Shown here one piece after another: positions 33,391 to 46,859 of a stretch of 64,000 nt of DNA. Source of the stretch: Takakia lepidozioides. Taxonomy: Eukaryota > Plantae > Bryophyta. The stretch covers positions 45,384,001-45,448,000 of the forward strand of contig CM060732.1 of the NCBI GenBank assembly GCA_030704615.1. The letters run 5' to 3'. Below the pieces are notes generated by a model. That model made no database searches and was not told the DNA's origin. It saw nothing but the letters and a program-made list of their open reading frames with translations. Positions within the stretch are counted from its first letter, which is position 1, and every line of letters begins with the position of its first letter. The position numbers and the translations under genes are program-made.

Positions 33391-35862
33391 CTAGTACCTC
33401 GCAAAGTGATGATCCTCAATGGGTCGATTGTTCGGAAGAACCTTAGTCCTAGTCGTCACTGGCAGCCAAATGCGCATGATCTGGTAGTAATGAGCCAACG
33501 ACTGTGGCGGACTAAATTCCTTCCAAGCCAAATCTAACACAATGGGAATTTGGTTGAAGGGCATAATCATAGCCCGACTGTACTCTCGTGCAGCAAGAGT
33601 CTTAGGTGGGTTAAAAGCAGCATCCCCCCATACCTCAGGCTGTGGTGTGGCTGTAGTAACAACAGGGTCAGCTACCTGCACAGTCACTTGTTGTGGTATT
33701 GGTACCACTCGCCCTTCTACCACTGGCATCTCCTGCACCCCTTGCGAAGAAGACTGAAAAATTAGAGTTCTGGTCTGTAAATAAGTAGCCATCAGCTGCT
33801 CCTCAGGTACAAAGACTCTCTTGTCAATATTTGAACTCAGGTCATCCACCTGAGTCTGCAGGCCTTCTACATCCTCCTGTAGCTCCGCTATCCTACTATA
33901 GACATTGTCTATAATAGTTGTGGCAATTTTCTGCACCTGCAGTCTGAGCTCATTCATCTCGCCCTGGGTGAGCTTCCGTGGTGCTTTGCCTTCCACCGGC
34001 CCTTGTGCTAACCAGACCTGCATAAGGTGGTTATCCACCAAGTTGTGTGTGGCACCCCTGAGAGTCTGCTCCTCTGTGAGCCTGTACACATCTAACTGCT
34101 GCTGTAAAGCCTCCATGCGCTTCGCATGAGGTTCAACCAAACTCGCATAGGCAGCAGCCAGATTATTGGCTTCCTTCCAAGCCTTGTTAGCCACAGAGAG
34201 TTCATTTCTATTTACCATGACTGTTTGTTGCAACTCCAGGATATACCTCTCTTGGTCAGCCTCAACCTTTCTGTATTGCTTAAAAGTATTCTCATTGCGA
34301 CAGATTGTATTCTTCATATCAACAATGAGTTTCGTCTGCTCGATTATCTCTGCCTCTGCTTTCATACATCTCTCCCCTTGTCTGTTAACTTCTAATGCAG
34401 TTTGCTCAAGAGTAGTTGTGAGTGTAGCACATTGTATGGTCATCTTCTCATGTACTGCCTGCAACTTTGTATGTAGTGCATTCACTTCTTGCAACTTGCC
34501 CTCATGCTTCACCTGCATTTGGTATAACTGTTGCTTATGTGCTTCATGCAACTGGTCCTGCTCGAGGCCGGCTTCAATCAGATGTCCCTTGGCCAACTGC
34601 AAGGCAGCCTTTGTGTCCTCTAACTCTTGCTGTAACTTGAGATTGACCTCCTCATCTACCTTGTTAGTACACTCAGTGGCAAGTCGAGCCTCAAACTCCT
34701 TCCCGAGTTCCTCCCTCAAAGCTGCCAATTGGGTAGATGGAACATGGGATTTCACATAAGTGCCCAACAAATTAAGTGTTCTGCTTATGGAACTCATAAG
34801 CATGGCCTGCTGAGGGTCATCATGGTGAGCTTGCTGCTGTTCTTCCTGATCCTTGACAGTGTGATGCCTCACCAACCATTCAGGCCATTGCCCCACCAGA
34901 TTTTCTTCCTGAACCACCTCATCCGCCACAGGTGCTGCAGTGTCTTGATATTCTACCCTTGGTACCTCCGTCACAGATGTGGGTATTACATGCACAGCAG
35001 GGTTTTCCCTGGACAGCACCTCTGGAATCACTGATTCCCTTACCAAGCCAGAGTTTTCATAGAGAAGGTCACCCTTCTCAATTTCGGCCACGACCTGCTC
35101 TGTAGTGGGAATGTCCAATCTTTCTCCTTCCAGAGCAATTGGGGGTGATGTCACAGCATGTACTAACTGTGGAACCTCTAAAACAACTGAGTCAATTGGT
35201 TGTGGTGGCTGTGGTAACAAAGTGACTTCCTCTTCCCTTTCCGAAGGCTGTGCTTCCAATAATAACAGCTCTTTGTGCTGTTGTGCCCCATCTTGCACAA
35301 GAGCTTGGGAAACATTATCGTGCGGTTTCTGTGAAGCCAGTGGATCCGCCACTACAGTCATACCCCGCCTCTGTCTCTTAGACTGGTGTTGCCCTGCCAG
35401 TCCACCCTCACTGTGTGAAGAGCCCTGCTCTTCAATTGCAGTGGTTTTTGCCTCAAACACTCCCATCTCTTTACGTTCTCGAGTATCAAGTATGCAAGAA
35501 TCAAGAATTATTTGGGCAATGACTGGACCAGACACAATGATCGGAGACTTAGCAGCAATGCCCTGTAACCTCTTCATCTCGTCCACCAGTCCATTGTACA
35601 TTAACTCCGCCCAAGCGACATCCTCTCCCCTCAAAGCTTTCAGGATCTCCTCTGTGAATGACCTGCTCAAATACTGTTGGTTCTGTTTCATGGCAAATAG
35701 AACGTTCAATATTTGGCCAACTTCCCTAAGCCATGGGTACTCGGCTTTGGTACAAGTGTAACCTTGAGTTTTAAAGAAACTCCCTTCTTGGAACAAATTC
35801 CCTATCTGCAATCTTGCCCTGTGCTCATCCACATCCACATGTCCTGATGGCAAATCAAACAA
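33391..35862 (-). CDS. Central 823 aa of the Gypsy A 3' accessory ORF (A1 copy), cut by CACTA upstream and MULE downstream
   Basis: High protein similarity to the products of 17600-20090; long heptad coiled coil. Confidence 0.85.
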   Translation of the reverse strand: MFDLPSGHVDVDEHRARLQIGNLFQEGSFFKTQGYTCTKAEYPWLREVGQILNVLFAMKQNQQYLSRSFTEEILKALRGEDVAWAELMYNGLVDEMKRLQGIAAKSPIIVSGPVIAQIILDSCILDTRERKEMGVFEAKTTAIEEQGSSHSEGGLAGQHQSKRQRRGMTVVADPLASQKPHDNVSQALVQDGAQQHKELLLLEAQPSEREEEVTLLPQPPQPIDSVVLEVPQLVHAVTSPPIALEGERLDIPTTEQVVAEIEKGDLLYENSGLVRESVIPEVLSRENPAVHVIPTSVTEVPRVEYQDTAAPVADEVVQEENLVGQWPEWLVRHHTVKDQEEQQQAHHDDPQQAMLMSSISRTLNLLGTYVKSHVPSTQLAALREELGKEFEARLATECTNKVDEEVNLKLQQELEDTKAALQLAKGHLIEAGLEQDQLHEAHKQQLYQMQVKHEGKLQEVNALHTKLQAVHEKMTIQCATLTTTLEQTALEVNRQGERCMKAEAEIIEQTKLIVDMKNTICRNENTFKQYRKVEADQERYILELQQTVMVNRNELSVANKAWKEANNLAAAYASLVEPHAKRMEALQQQLDVYRLTEEQTLRGATHNLVDNHLMQVWLAQGPVEGKAPRKLTQGEMNELRLQVQKIATTIIDNVYSRIAELQEDVEGLQTQVDDLSSNIDKRVFVPEEQLMATYLQTRTLIFQSSSQGVQEMPVVEGRVVPIPQQVTVQVADPVVTTATPQPEVWGDAAFNPPKTLAAREYSRAMIMPFNQIPIVLDLAWKEFSPPQSLAHYYQIMRIWLPVTTRTKVLPNNRPIEDHHFARY

Positions 35863-38468
35863 TTGCTGCAGGCACTACAAGAGATGAGCGTTTTTAGGAC
35901 TACGGCTTTGGCGGAGTCATAAAAATTGCACTAGGTACATGACTACAGAGCGCTGAAATGCATTACAGTTTTAGTTTTATGACTTTGTAGTAATGGATAT
36001 CACTACATGACTCCGGAAAGTTAGGGAGCATTGGTCAAACATTGTTGACCATGATGACAGGGATGGTTTATATGACTAGTGTGATATTGTTTGACTACAC
36101 GTGGACGATGTTTCATGGAATCTTATGACTCCATGACTGAAGATGGTTTCAGAGCTCTATTTATACGACTACATCACTACACGTGTCATTTTGAAGGCAC
36201 ATATAATGCAAATAAGGTTGCCCATTAGTGTAATCGTGAACAGAAAGGAGGGCTGGGACTTGGCATTTTTTTGTCTCCTGCGCCACACCACATAGCTGAG
36301 GGATGGAACGCGATGATAGCAGGATATGCAGGGGCGTGGGATGGAGGCGTTGAGCAAATGATGCACGAAGGAGAAGAGGAGGAGGAGACGAGACGAGGAG
36401 AAGCGAGCTCGCCGTTCTTGGGAGAGTCAGATTGGTCTTAGCAAGCGTGTTTCAATCTCTGACTACTCATCTACGCCGTAGTGGTTCGATCTCATAGACC
36501 AATCCGACATTACCTGACTACAGACACAAGCAGCACACACAAGAGGTCATCGGTCAAATCCTCCATGGGTCAGGACAGGTCAAGGACAATGTGGTAGGGC
36601 ACCTTCTTCTTCAACCTATTTCAGCCTGTGTTGCCCTCTCATCAGACTTGGCCGCAAGATGCATATTGAATTCTGTAAGTTAGGTCGTTGGGTAGATCTG
36701 TGGTGGTTTGGAGTGACTTTGGCAAGTTACTGGCAGTGTGGCAGTAGGGAAGTATCCAAAAACATATAATAGAGGTGAGGAGAAGCTTTGGGGTGAACAC
36801 TTTCCGACCCCAATGGTGGGACAATGGAGACAAAAAGGCGAATGCCTGTTGGACTACAGAGAGAAGCAGATGCATTTCAGATTGTGATAAGTAGGGTTGG
36901 GGTGTTTTGGGGAAGAACTCCACACCAGTATGGTTGGGGTGTTTGCTGGTAGAATTATAGGCTGTCAGAGGCATGGATAGCTGAAGGAGCAGGAATAGAG
37001 TAAGGGTCCAGATTCATCCAAGAGGGCTGGATTTCAAGCTCCACATTACCTATGATTCCCTGTGGAAGGATAGTTACAAGAAACCTACATGGGTAGATGG
37101 TCAACTGGAAGCGACATGTTGTACTATATGTCATTACTGTACTATATGTCATTCCAGAGACTGTCATTGTTGGTCCATGTGTTTTACAACAATGCTATCA
37201 ATATAAGACTTCTGGTTCGCATTGGAAGCTCAATCCCTGTAAGTTCATTGTGTGTGAAGCTCAAACTTGTGATTTGAAGGATCTTGTAGCCAAGTTCATT
37301 CAACCGGAAAGGAAAAATTCTGAAAGCTCCCAAATTTGATGTGGGCAAGCTTATGGAGGTAAGACTTAGCTTCCCTCCTCTAATGTAAGTGTTGGATAAG
37401 TTTCATTTAGTGTTGACCTTCACTGCATATATTGGCTCTTTTCTTGGCTGGTTTCATATTTTCTTGGCTGGTATGCTGTTGGTTGGCTTATTTCATTTCA
37501 CGTGTGTAGTGGAAGGGGAGAAGTACTTTCCTAAGTTCTGCTGCAACAAAGTCTTTTTCCAGCCTAGATGTTTTCGATGGATACAAATTGAAGTGCTTTG
37601 AATGTTGCTGCAATACTATAATAAAGTGGAGGGTGCTGAATGCAGTTGGCCTTGCTTCGTGCAGGCATAATCCAGGGAAATGTGGACATAGCTGAAACCC
37701 CATGATAGCATTTCCAGAGGACGGTGTGGATGGCCTCACAATCCAGCATGCAAAATCCATGACAATGTGGAGATGGCTGAATGGGCAAACAGGTTAAGTG
37801 GCGAACAAGCCACGTCATTGGTACATAGTTGCATGCTTACATAGTACATGAAAGCGTACTATATGTCATTCCCGAAATTGACCATGTTGGTCCATGTATT
37901 TTACAACAATGCTATCAATAAAAGACCAATGGTTCGCATTGGAAACTCTATCCCCGTAAGTGGCTTGTGCGTGATGCTCAAACTTCTGATTTGAAGGATC
38001 TTATACCCCAGTGCATTGCAGAGGTGATTGGAAAAGAGATTGAGAAGGCAACAGCCATTATCTATAATCTACAGATCCCCTTCAATTTGATGTGGGAAAG
38101 CCGGCTGGCTGGAGGTCTAGTCTCACTTTCACTCATCTAATGTCAGTGTTGTATCCATTGCAATGTGGAGATGTTTGAAACAACATTGAAGCATTTCCAG
38201 AGGATGGTCTAGATGGCCTTTCGTGGCGTGTGCCGAATCCATGGCAAGAAAACATTGCAGGCAGAACCCATGGCAATGGTACTAGCACGGGTTGGTCCAA
38301 AGCCAATTGCAACAACAAATGAATAAAGGGTGTTGAAAGGAAATCACTCCATAATTGATCATAAAATCCAGTGTCCAAGCATGATATCTTAATGGGAATG
38401 CGAAGGGAGTGTTACCACCTTAAACTATCATGCATGGTCTATAACTGGAGTGCACAAATCTAGCATAT

Positions 38469-41400
38469 CTAATCTTCATCATCCTCATCTATGTCTGGGT
38501 CACTACATGTATCACTGTCTTCATCACAGACTTGATCTTGTCCAAGGGTTGGCTGAACATCATCACCACGTATACGGGGTGCTCGGAGGTACAAGGAGGC
38601 CACCTGCTCTGGAGTAACCGGTACCGCTCGGCTGCATGTTGGGCCATCAGTAACCAGAGTCTCCTCTAGTCTTTGTGGGGCTAACAATCCTTCCACTTCC
38701 GCCACATCATCATTATCAATTGATATGTCGCAGACCACTCTACGTGCTCGGGGGCTCTTCTCCAGAAAGATCCAGTAATTCCTCACGTGTTGTAGGATCA
38801 AGCCCATATGATTGAATTGAGAGATGATCCCGTACACCTTGAGGGAGCCAAACAGCAAATGGAGGACAAGGATGCAAATCAGGAGGGTATTGAATTGCCG
38901 TGGGATTGCTCATGCCTTCCAGCCCTTGCTCCTCACAAAACAAGCGTCGTCTGGCTTCTATCCGTGTGGACTCTGCTTCATATATCCTGTCAAAATCCGA
39001 GGGTCAGCTAGGAGATTGACAGAGGTGGCGTGGGAGATTTGAAAAGACACCATATGCCAACTAATGATAAATGACTAAAACTTGGAAATCTGAATGTCAA
39101 TGAAGTAGATTTCTTACCCCAACATGACTGACAGACGAGGATGGTTTTGAATGATGTACTCATGTACAATATCACACAGGTCATTCAATTTTCGGGCTTT
39201 AGAACTTCCTTCCACAACTTCACGTTCCACAGATTCTGCCTCATCTGCATCCCACACCCTTCGTACACTTCCATCAAATCCTGCCATATACTCTGTGCAA
39301 AAACCCAATGCTTCTTCAAATTGGTATCCTTCTGCCATGCTCCCCTCGGGCCTTGCCATGTTTCTTACGTAGCCCTTCATATCTTTCATTGCCCGCTCCA
39401 TGGGGTACATCCAACAAGATGCTACGAGCCCGCATAAGTACAACTCATCCACTAGGTGAACAACCAGATGTGTACATCAAAAATGATGGTGGGAACTCCT
39501 TCTCTATAAGACACAGAGTGAGAACTGCTTCAGTTCTCAATTCCTCATACTCTACATGATTCACCACTTTTGCACACAACTTCTTAAATACACGACATAC
39601 TCGCAAAATGGCCCTTCGAGGACCACTTGCCATGAGCCCACGGATAGCAAGCGGTATAATTTGCTGCATGAGCACATGATAGTCATGTGATTTCATGCCA
39701 GACAACTTCTTCTTCACCACATGCTTTTTGAAAGCTGATGCGTAGCCTGTTGGCACTTTCAAGTTCTGCACAATCTCCAGAAAGACTTGTAACTCAGCCT
39801 CAGTGAGGACATAAGGGGCAGGAGGCATAATTAACGTATCTGCTCTGTCAGGATCACGCTGTAGCCACAATTCCGGGCGCATCCCAAGTAGCTCCAAATC
39901 ACAGCGAACTTTCAATGTGTCTTTCTCACCAAAGATAGTTTTAATAATATTTTCAGCCAAGTTCTTCTCGCAATGCATTGCGTCAAATGTGTGGCGGATG
40001 AGGAGACCCTACAAAATGAACACATAAGCAATTGAGCATTTACTCATCACAATTTAAACAGAAAACGCAAAAATGTACACAGCCAATTTAAAGGCCATGA
40101 AGGAATTACCTCCCAATAAGGTAAGACATATAAAATTGACAATCGCTTAACTCCATGAGTTTTTGCTGGGTCTGTCCTGCTATCTGGCGTCCCTCCGTTT
40201 TCCACCCATGCAGTGCGAGCTGTTGCAAGCTCCTTGATTTGTGTTCCAGTCTGCGTTTTTGGAGGAGTTCCATGCTCAGTAGCGCCATTGAACATTCTTG
40301 ACCTTCTATATGGATGATTGCGGGCCAAAAATCTTCGGTGGCCTATGAAAACAATTTTTCCACATGTGTGTAACTGCTGTGAAGTCACCCCGGGTCCACA
40401 AGCTGGACAACCAGCATAACCTTTCGTCACTTGACCTGAGAGCAAGCCATATGCAGGGTAGTCATGGATTGACCACATCAACACTGCCCTCATTGTGAAT
40501 TCGCATTGACCACGAGGACGGGAAACATCATGAGCTGCAATCCCTCTCCATAGTTCCAGTAGCTCTTCCACTAGGGGCATCAGGTAAACATCTACGTTGT
40601 CCGAGGTAACAGACTCCTTACCAGGAATCAGTAGCGCTAACATGACAAAGAACTTTTTGGTCATTAACCACGGAGGCACATTGTAATTGACCAAGAGAAC
40701 GGGCCATGTGCTCCAACTTGTGGATTGAGCTCCGTAGGGATTTACACCGTCTAAGGCCAATCCAAATCACAGAGATCGTGGCTCTGCAGCAAAATCCTCA
40801 AATGTGGTGTCAATGTGTCTCTATGCTTTGCTATCAGCTGGATGTCGAACCAACCCATCCTGGCTCTTATGTCTGTCGTGCCATGTCATGAGGTTAGCGA
40901 TCGATTTACATCGGTACATAAGTTTTAACCTTGGAATGACAGGGAAGTGTCGCAATACTTTCTTGGGCACACTTCCACGACCTGGAATGTAACGGAAACT
41001 GCGGCACACTGGGCAAATGTCTACATTCTCATACTCCCCACGGAAGAGTACACAACCACGCTCACAGGCATGAATCATGGTGTACTGCAATCCCATCTTG
41101 GCAATCATGGTTTTGCTTCATAGTGAGTTTTCGGCAATGAATTCTCTTTAGGCAATAAACTCTTACGCAACAATCCCAGAAGCTCATCCACAAATGCATT
41201 GGTGCACTTGTGGGTAGTGCATGCGTTCAGCAACGTCAAAGTTGCTTGCAGCCGGCTGATGGAGCACCCTTCAAAAAGTGGACATTGCAACTGTCGGAAG
41301 AGTTTATCATACTCGGGATCAACGTGCAGGTGAGCATTCTCATCAAATTCATTGTCTCCGGAATTGTCGAGATCATCGTCATGATCGGCAAATGTGTGAT

Positions 41401-42155
41401 CGGTTCCACCATGAATGGGGTCCTCTCTGTTTGCATTTGCAAAGAGAAACGCTTCCTGCAATGCACGCTGCATTTCTACCTCCAATCCACCACTCTCATC
41501 TGCGTTCTCTGTGACATTGGGCTCCCGTTGTGCCGCAGGGCCTTCGTCTTCATCATCTGAATATTCACATCCCTGCATCCCAATAGTCATCTTGTGATTG
41601 GACCAACAACGATGTGACACTTGTTCATATTATGACATAGGAGGCACGGTGACGTTGCAGTGATGCAGTCATATTTACGTATGTATCTTATGAATATACA
41701 CCCAATCAAAACACGACATTTGTAACCATTGAAGTCATAGTTGCAGTCACTTACTTAGTCATATATGACTACATGACTACACATGACCAATGATAACACG
41801 ACATATGCATTAATTAAAGTGATAACGGAAGTGGCGTAGTCATAGTCACGTCTGTATCTTATGACTTCTTGACTACAATCACCCAACGAAATGTCGACAT
41901 GTGGAGAAGATGATCGTTGCATTCAAAATTCAAACTAAAGTGCTGAAGGGAAAGTGACGATCTTACCGGAAGATAACAGCGTTGGAGAAGAGGATCCCTC
42001 CCGTGTATCATGTAATGATTCCTCACTGTTTCCAACAACAGTACTTTTCCTCCATGACACTCATCGCAGTTGCATAGCATTTTTGTATGCCCATTCCTTG
42101 TGGCATAAGCTTCTTCCATTCGCCATAGATGGTCATCTATTCTACGCCTACGCAT
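38469..42155 (-). pseudogene. CACTA Tnp2/TnpD-type transposase (multi-exon, with stop and frameshifts)
   Basis: CNCDEC..H N-terminal domain, IHACERGCVLF..CPVC, RHPADS, LALDGVNP..STWPV..YNVPP, DYPAYG.LSG..GY.GCP.C, DAMHCEKN, GMKSHDYH, WMYPMER.M..KGYVRN.ARPEGS. Confidence 0.93.
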
Positions 42156-42642
42156 CCGGTCGCCACCTGCACTCTACATGCTTTGAACGTCACCCCTTCC
42201 CTCTTTGCATGCTACGCACAGTGCATTGTCTTTAGTTTTGCACCAGCTGCCAATGTGCTATTTCTATATCTATAGTATACTATAAGTATCGTTTCTGAGT
42301 GTCCATGGTGAAGCGGAAGGTCTTCGAAGTGACAGTCCCTCTCACCGAGTACGAGAAGTTCCGAGAGTGCCGGATTGCTGCCATAAAGGACGGGACACCT
42401 GTTGCACTTGAGATGTGACATGTGGCACAACTACAGGGCAATACAAGCCCTATAAATCACATTACAAAAATCCAAATGAGACCAATGTCCCAATGGACAC
42501 CTCAAAAGCCACAAGGTCAAAAAATCCATGCCTCAAAAGGCCCAGCCAAAAACAAGCAAGCCCACACATGGGCTGAATTGTTGTAGCTAGTATGTTCTAG
42601 TGCTATTAGAATCAAGAACTCTGTTAAACAATGCAATACTGA

Positions 42643-45600
42643 CTATCCCTTCCGCAGCTCCATAAGTTTTAGTAACTTTAGACTCCAAAGTGCTGTCTGG
42701 CCAACCACCTGCCCCAACTCGGTCTGTTTCCTAACACCATTCACATATGGTAGAGGGGTGTTACTGACACATGCCTCTTTGATGTACACACATGCATAAT
42801 CAAGGGGCACAGCAGGGTACCCGTAACCCACCACAGCACCTTGAAGAGCAACAATCAGCCCTACTCCACATTTCTTGCGTTTGGAGTTCACATCCAACAG
42901 CCGAACCACGTCACCCACCCTGAACTGTGATCCCAACTCCACACAAAAAAGAACACGATGTGAAAACCCATGACATACACACGACTAGGACACTCAACAT
43001 TTGCGAATTAAAGAGAGCCCCAAGGTTGGAAAAAATAAAACAAACAAGACAAGGGCCTGCACTTACTCCATTTGCAGTCTCCAGTGGTTGTGAGACCTCT
43101 TTTGGGGGGCTACTCGCCGGGTCGACACTCTTGCCCCTCATCTGTACCGGCTTGTCGACAATATCACCTTTGTTTGTCACAAGTTCCTGTGTCACAAACC
43201 AGAGAACAACCAGGAAAGCAATGAGCAAACAGGAATAGTGAATAGAAACAAAATCCAAGTATGAATCAAACAAAAAAGCCAACATGAAAACCTGCAAAGA
43301 AAACCTAGCATTAATCAAGCAACCGAGGAGAAGCATCCAGGAAAGCAATGCAATGAATGAACCCACAAAATTGTAGCCTCTGGAGCACTGTCAGAATGTT
43401 TGTACCTTCACAGTAGCAGTGTTGTATGGTTGTTGTCCAAAACAGGCTGAGACTCCAAAAACTTGGGAATACTGGCAGTTTTTGATGCCTTCCACAAGAA
43501 AGGCCACAACACCTCTATTAGATACTCATCAGTTGGTGAATCTGGTTGCACTTTCCATGGCTCTGGAAAAATCCCACTGAAGGGAGGATTGTTTGCCGCC
43601 TTTCTTGGTGTGTCGTCAACAAGAACAGTGTCCTCATAAGTCCATTCTGGCCAGTCTGCCCACACTGTAGACAAGTTCTTGAAATATAATGGCTTTGAAT
43701 CAAACCCCTTACGGCATGGGAGGACTGGATCCTCGTCACAGTGAAGGGCATCCCACTGGAAAACCAGGTTAGTGTGGGCTGCAAAAATATAGTCCACCAT
43801 TGGGAGAAAGTTGCGAGCTTGGCAACAAGACCACACCGCCACCTCAAAGTGTTCAAAACACTTTTGCAAAAAGTCATAATAGCGTGGTCTCAAAACTACC
43901 ATCTTCTTGCCACACATCTTCCCCACAAAACCTTTGGGAAGGGATGCAGACAGAATGAAAAGATTCACATAACAGACCATTTAAGTCCAGAATTAGTAAA
44001 TGCTTCCTCGTTGGTCCAGGAAGTAAACTGTCATTTAGCTTCAACATGTGAGAAGGAGAAATTAAAGCAACCTGCTTGTTTGTTTTGTCCCTGTCTGCAT
44101 CTCCCTCCCCATTTAAACTCCCACATACCTGCATACCAGAATCCGGTGTGCCCGGCGGCTCTGTCACCATTGCCCCCTGGACTGCTACTGCCTTTGTACG
44201 TGGCAAGGGCTGAATTTCCACGTGTACCTCACAGCTGGCCTTCCCTTATATCCTGCTGCTGCTTGGTCAAATTCAAAAGATCATCAGCGACAGGAAGACA
44301 TAAGGGCTTAGAGTGAGCACCAGTTACCGTCTGAAATTGGGATTCCAAACATTTTGATACTGTCACAGCAGACGTATCCATCGTAGATGTCACTGGTCCT
44401 GCGCCTGGTAGATTAATCCCCAATCTGGTCACAATGGCTTTCTGGTACTCAATCATACTCTGCATCTGTAATTTTAATTCTGCCATGTCACGTCCTTGTG
44501 ATTCCACCAGTTTGTCCAAGCCATCCATCCTGCCAACTACTGTAGAATATGCGAGACTTCCCCCCTGCCAATCCATGAAAACTTGCCCAAGTATGAATCA
44601 AACCAAAAAAACCTAGCATGAACAACCATTGGAAAGAAAACCCAGGCCAAAAGCCTTGAAAAAAACCCTAGCAACCTATGATGCAGCAACCACTCTAGCA
44701 AACGTGGAAAACACACTTACCCGCCTGTCACTCCCAGCTGACAACCGTGACACTGAACCCTCTTGAATTTCATATAATGTAGGAGGGCACCCTGATAGTG
44801 TTTCCTACAAATCAATCCATGCCACAAACAAACCCATGCCACAAGTCAGTAAGCAATGTGAGGGCTGACTATATACACATAGCAATTCAATGAGGAACAA
44901 AATACAGAGTCGTGATGATGCCACTTACCAAGCGTGCTTCCACCATTGCCTTCCCACCACGGCCAGTCTTGGTAGGATTCTGAATTGCACCATTTGCCTT
45001 CTTCATGTTGCCCAACACTTTGTGGAACACCTCTGTCTGCCAGTAACTTACAAGCTTGTTCCATACCTCGTCAGATACAGTAATGGGTTTCCCCTTACCA
45101 CCCAACCACGCAGTGTGTGCTTCATAACGCTGGCTCTTCATTATTCTGCCAATTGTTTGTTTTATGTGGAAGTCTTTTAACTTGTGTGGCGTATATGAAA
45201 ATAGCTTAGCCAGGTGATCTCTGATTTTGTATACAACTTCATCAGGTTGGTTGTTGATGGCAAGGGAACAATCTAGCTTGCGATAAGCCTGTCCTTTAAG
45301 GGCAGCGTGCCATACATTCCGGGTCTGACCATACGGGGCTCCTTTGAGGTTCGTCAAAATCACCATGGGAGGAAGACCTGCAGCTATTCTCTCTTCATTC
45401 ACCTTGGCAGCTTCAATTTTGGCTGAGCTATTAGCCCTCCTTAAAGCATTGGTTCTATCATTCTTTGAAACGGCACCCTCCCCTCCTTCAGAGACCTCCG
45501 TGCGCTCAGGAGAATTCAAAGCAGGATCCTGCCAAGTAGGGACTGGTGGCCATGGTTGTTGGCCAGAAGGCCGAGGACCATACTGGCCATACTGTCCATA

Positions 45601-46859
45601 AGTAGGAGGATATTCCGGTGGCCTGCCACCCCCATAGCTATTAGGGGGTGGCAAATATGGTGGAGGAGGATACTGGCCATACTGCCTATATGGAGGAGCA
45701 CCATATTGACCCTGACCATACTGAGTGCCAGACTGTGGGTACTGAGGCATACCATAATAAGGTGGGGGTACTGGTGGCACAGAACCCACAACGATGGGAG
45801 AGTTAGGGCCACCTCCTGCGTTCTTGTGGGTGCCATCTCCATTGCTAGCAGCAGGGATCGTGGATCCAGTGCGCTTGTGCTTGCCCTGAAAAGAAATTCC
45901 CCCAGTACAATGTGGGTGATTATAGGCAGCAAGTAGCAAATCCTGGAATTCAATATAACAAACTGGAAGCACATATCATTTGTAAAGACAAGATTACCCA
46001 AAACTCAATATGATCTTGGGCAGTAAATCTCCCAAATTTGATTGGCCCCAATGATGTCATCCCAGTACATTTTTTAGCCCTCTTAGGTATGGGGTGTTCC
46101 TGAAATCCATAGCAAGAATTCAAATGGACAAACCTGATGGGTCCATGAGAAGTATCCCTCCAAGTTTTACTGATATTCTGGGTGCATAAGTAACCCAAGT
46201 ATCTCTATAAGTAGCCATTGTAGCTTAGTACCAGGACGTTGGTTTCATGGGGCAAAGAATTTGAACACACCTGAAGTCTACATTGGCCTGACATCATGCC
46301 TTTGGCACTTCAACTTGTCTAGTGGAAATCATTTGTGATTGTGCCTTGGCTGACCCCTGCATTGTCCAACTTCCCTGTCTTGACAGACATACCCTATCTC
46401 TTCATGATCTTACCATACCCTATCTCTTCGTGATTTTACCAAAAACATACATAATTTGAATCATGGTCATTGTGAAGAACTATAACTCACAGACGGAGAA
46501 GGTGTTCGTAGTGTAGATGATGGGCATTTTTGTCCTGCGACATGAGCATGGGCATGTTCTCCTCGGCTTGCCGTGGCATCCGCCGACGACGCACTCGCCT
46601 CGCACTGGCGTGGGAGGAGTGGATCGTCCTCATCGTCCTCAGAAGAGCCCTCATGCAGAATCGTAGTCTTCATCGTCTTCAGTCTGGCACTTTGCCTTGC
46701 AGGACCTTGATCCCTAGCTTTTTCCTTCGGAGCGCGTGGCTTGCGAGGGCGATTCGCTCCCGCAAGCCTGCACAAACACCTCCATGACCTCCCTCTCAAA
46801 CAATCACAAACAAATGTAAGCATACATACCCTAATACTCTTAAGCCTACGCTGAACCAC
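42643..46859 (-). CDS. CACTA TnpA/ORF2-like multi-exon gene containing an FCP1/SCP (NIF) HAD-phosphatase-like domain
   Basis: VWNKLVSYW (Ptta/En/Spm-like) in 44887-45972; coiled-coil exon 44229-44576; LLILDLNGLL..LRP..DFL..CFEHFEVAVWS..FKNL..VW..TVLVDDTP.K..NP in 43408-44010; Tnp1-like C-terminal exon 42643-42942. Gene start uncertain. Confidence 0.7.
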
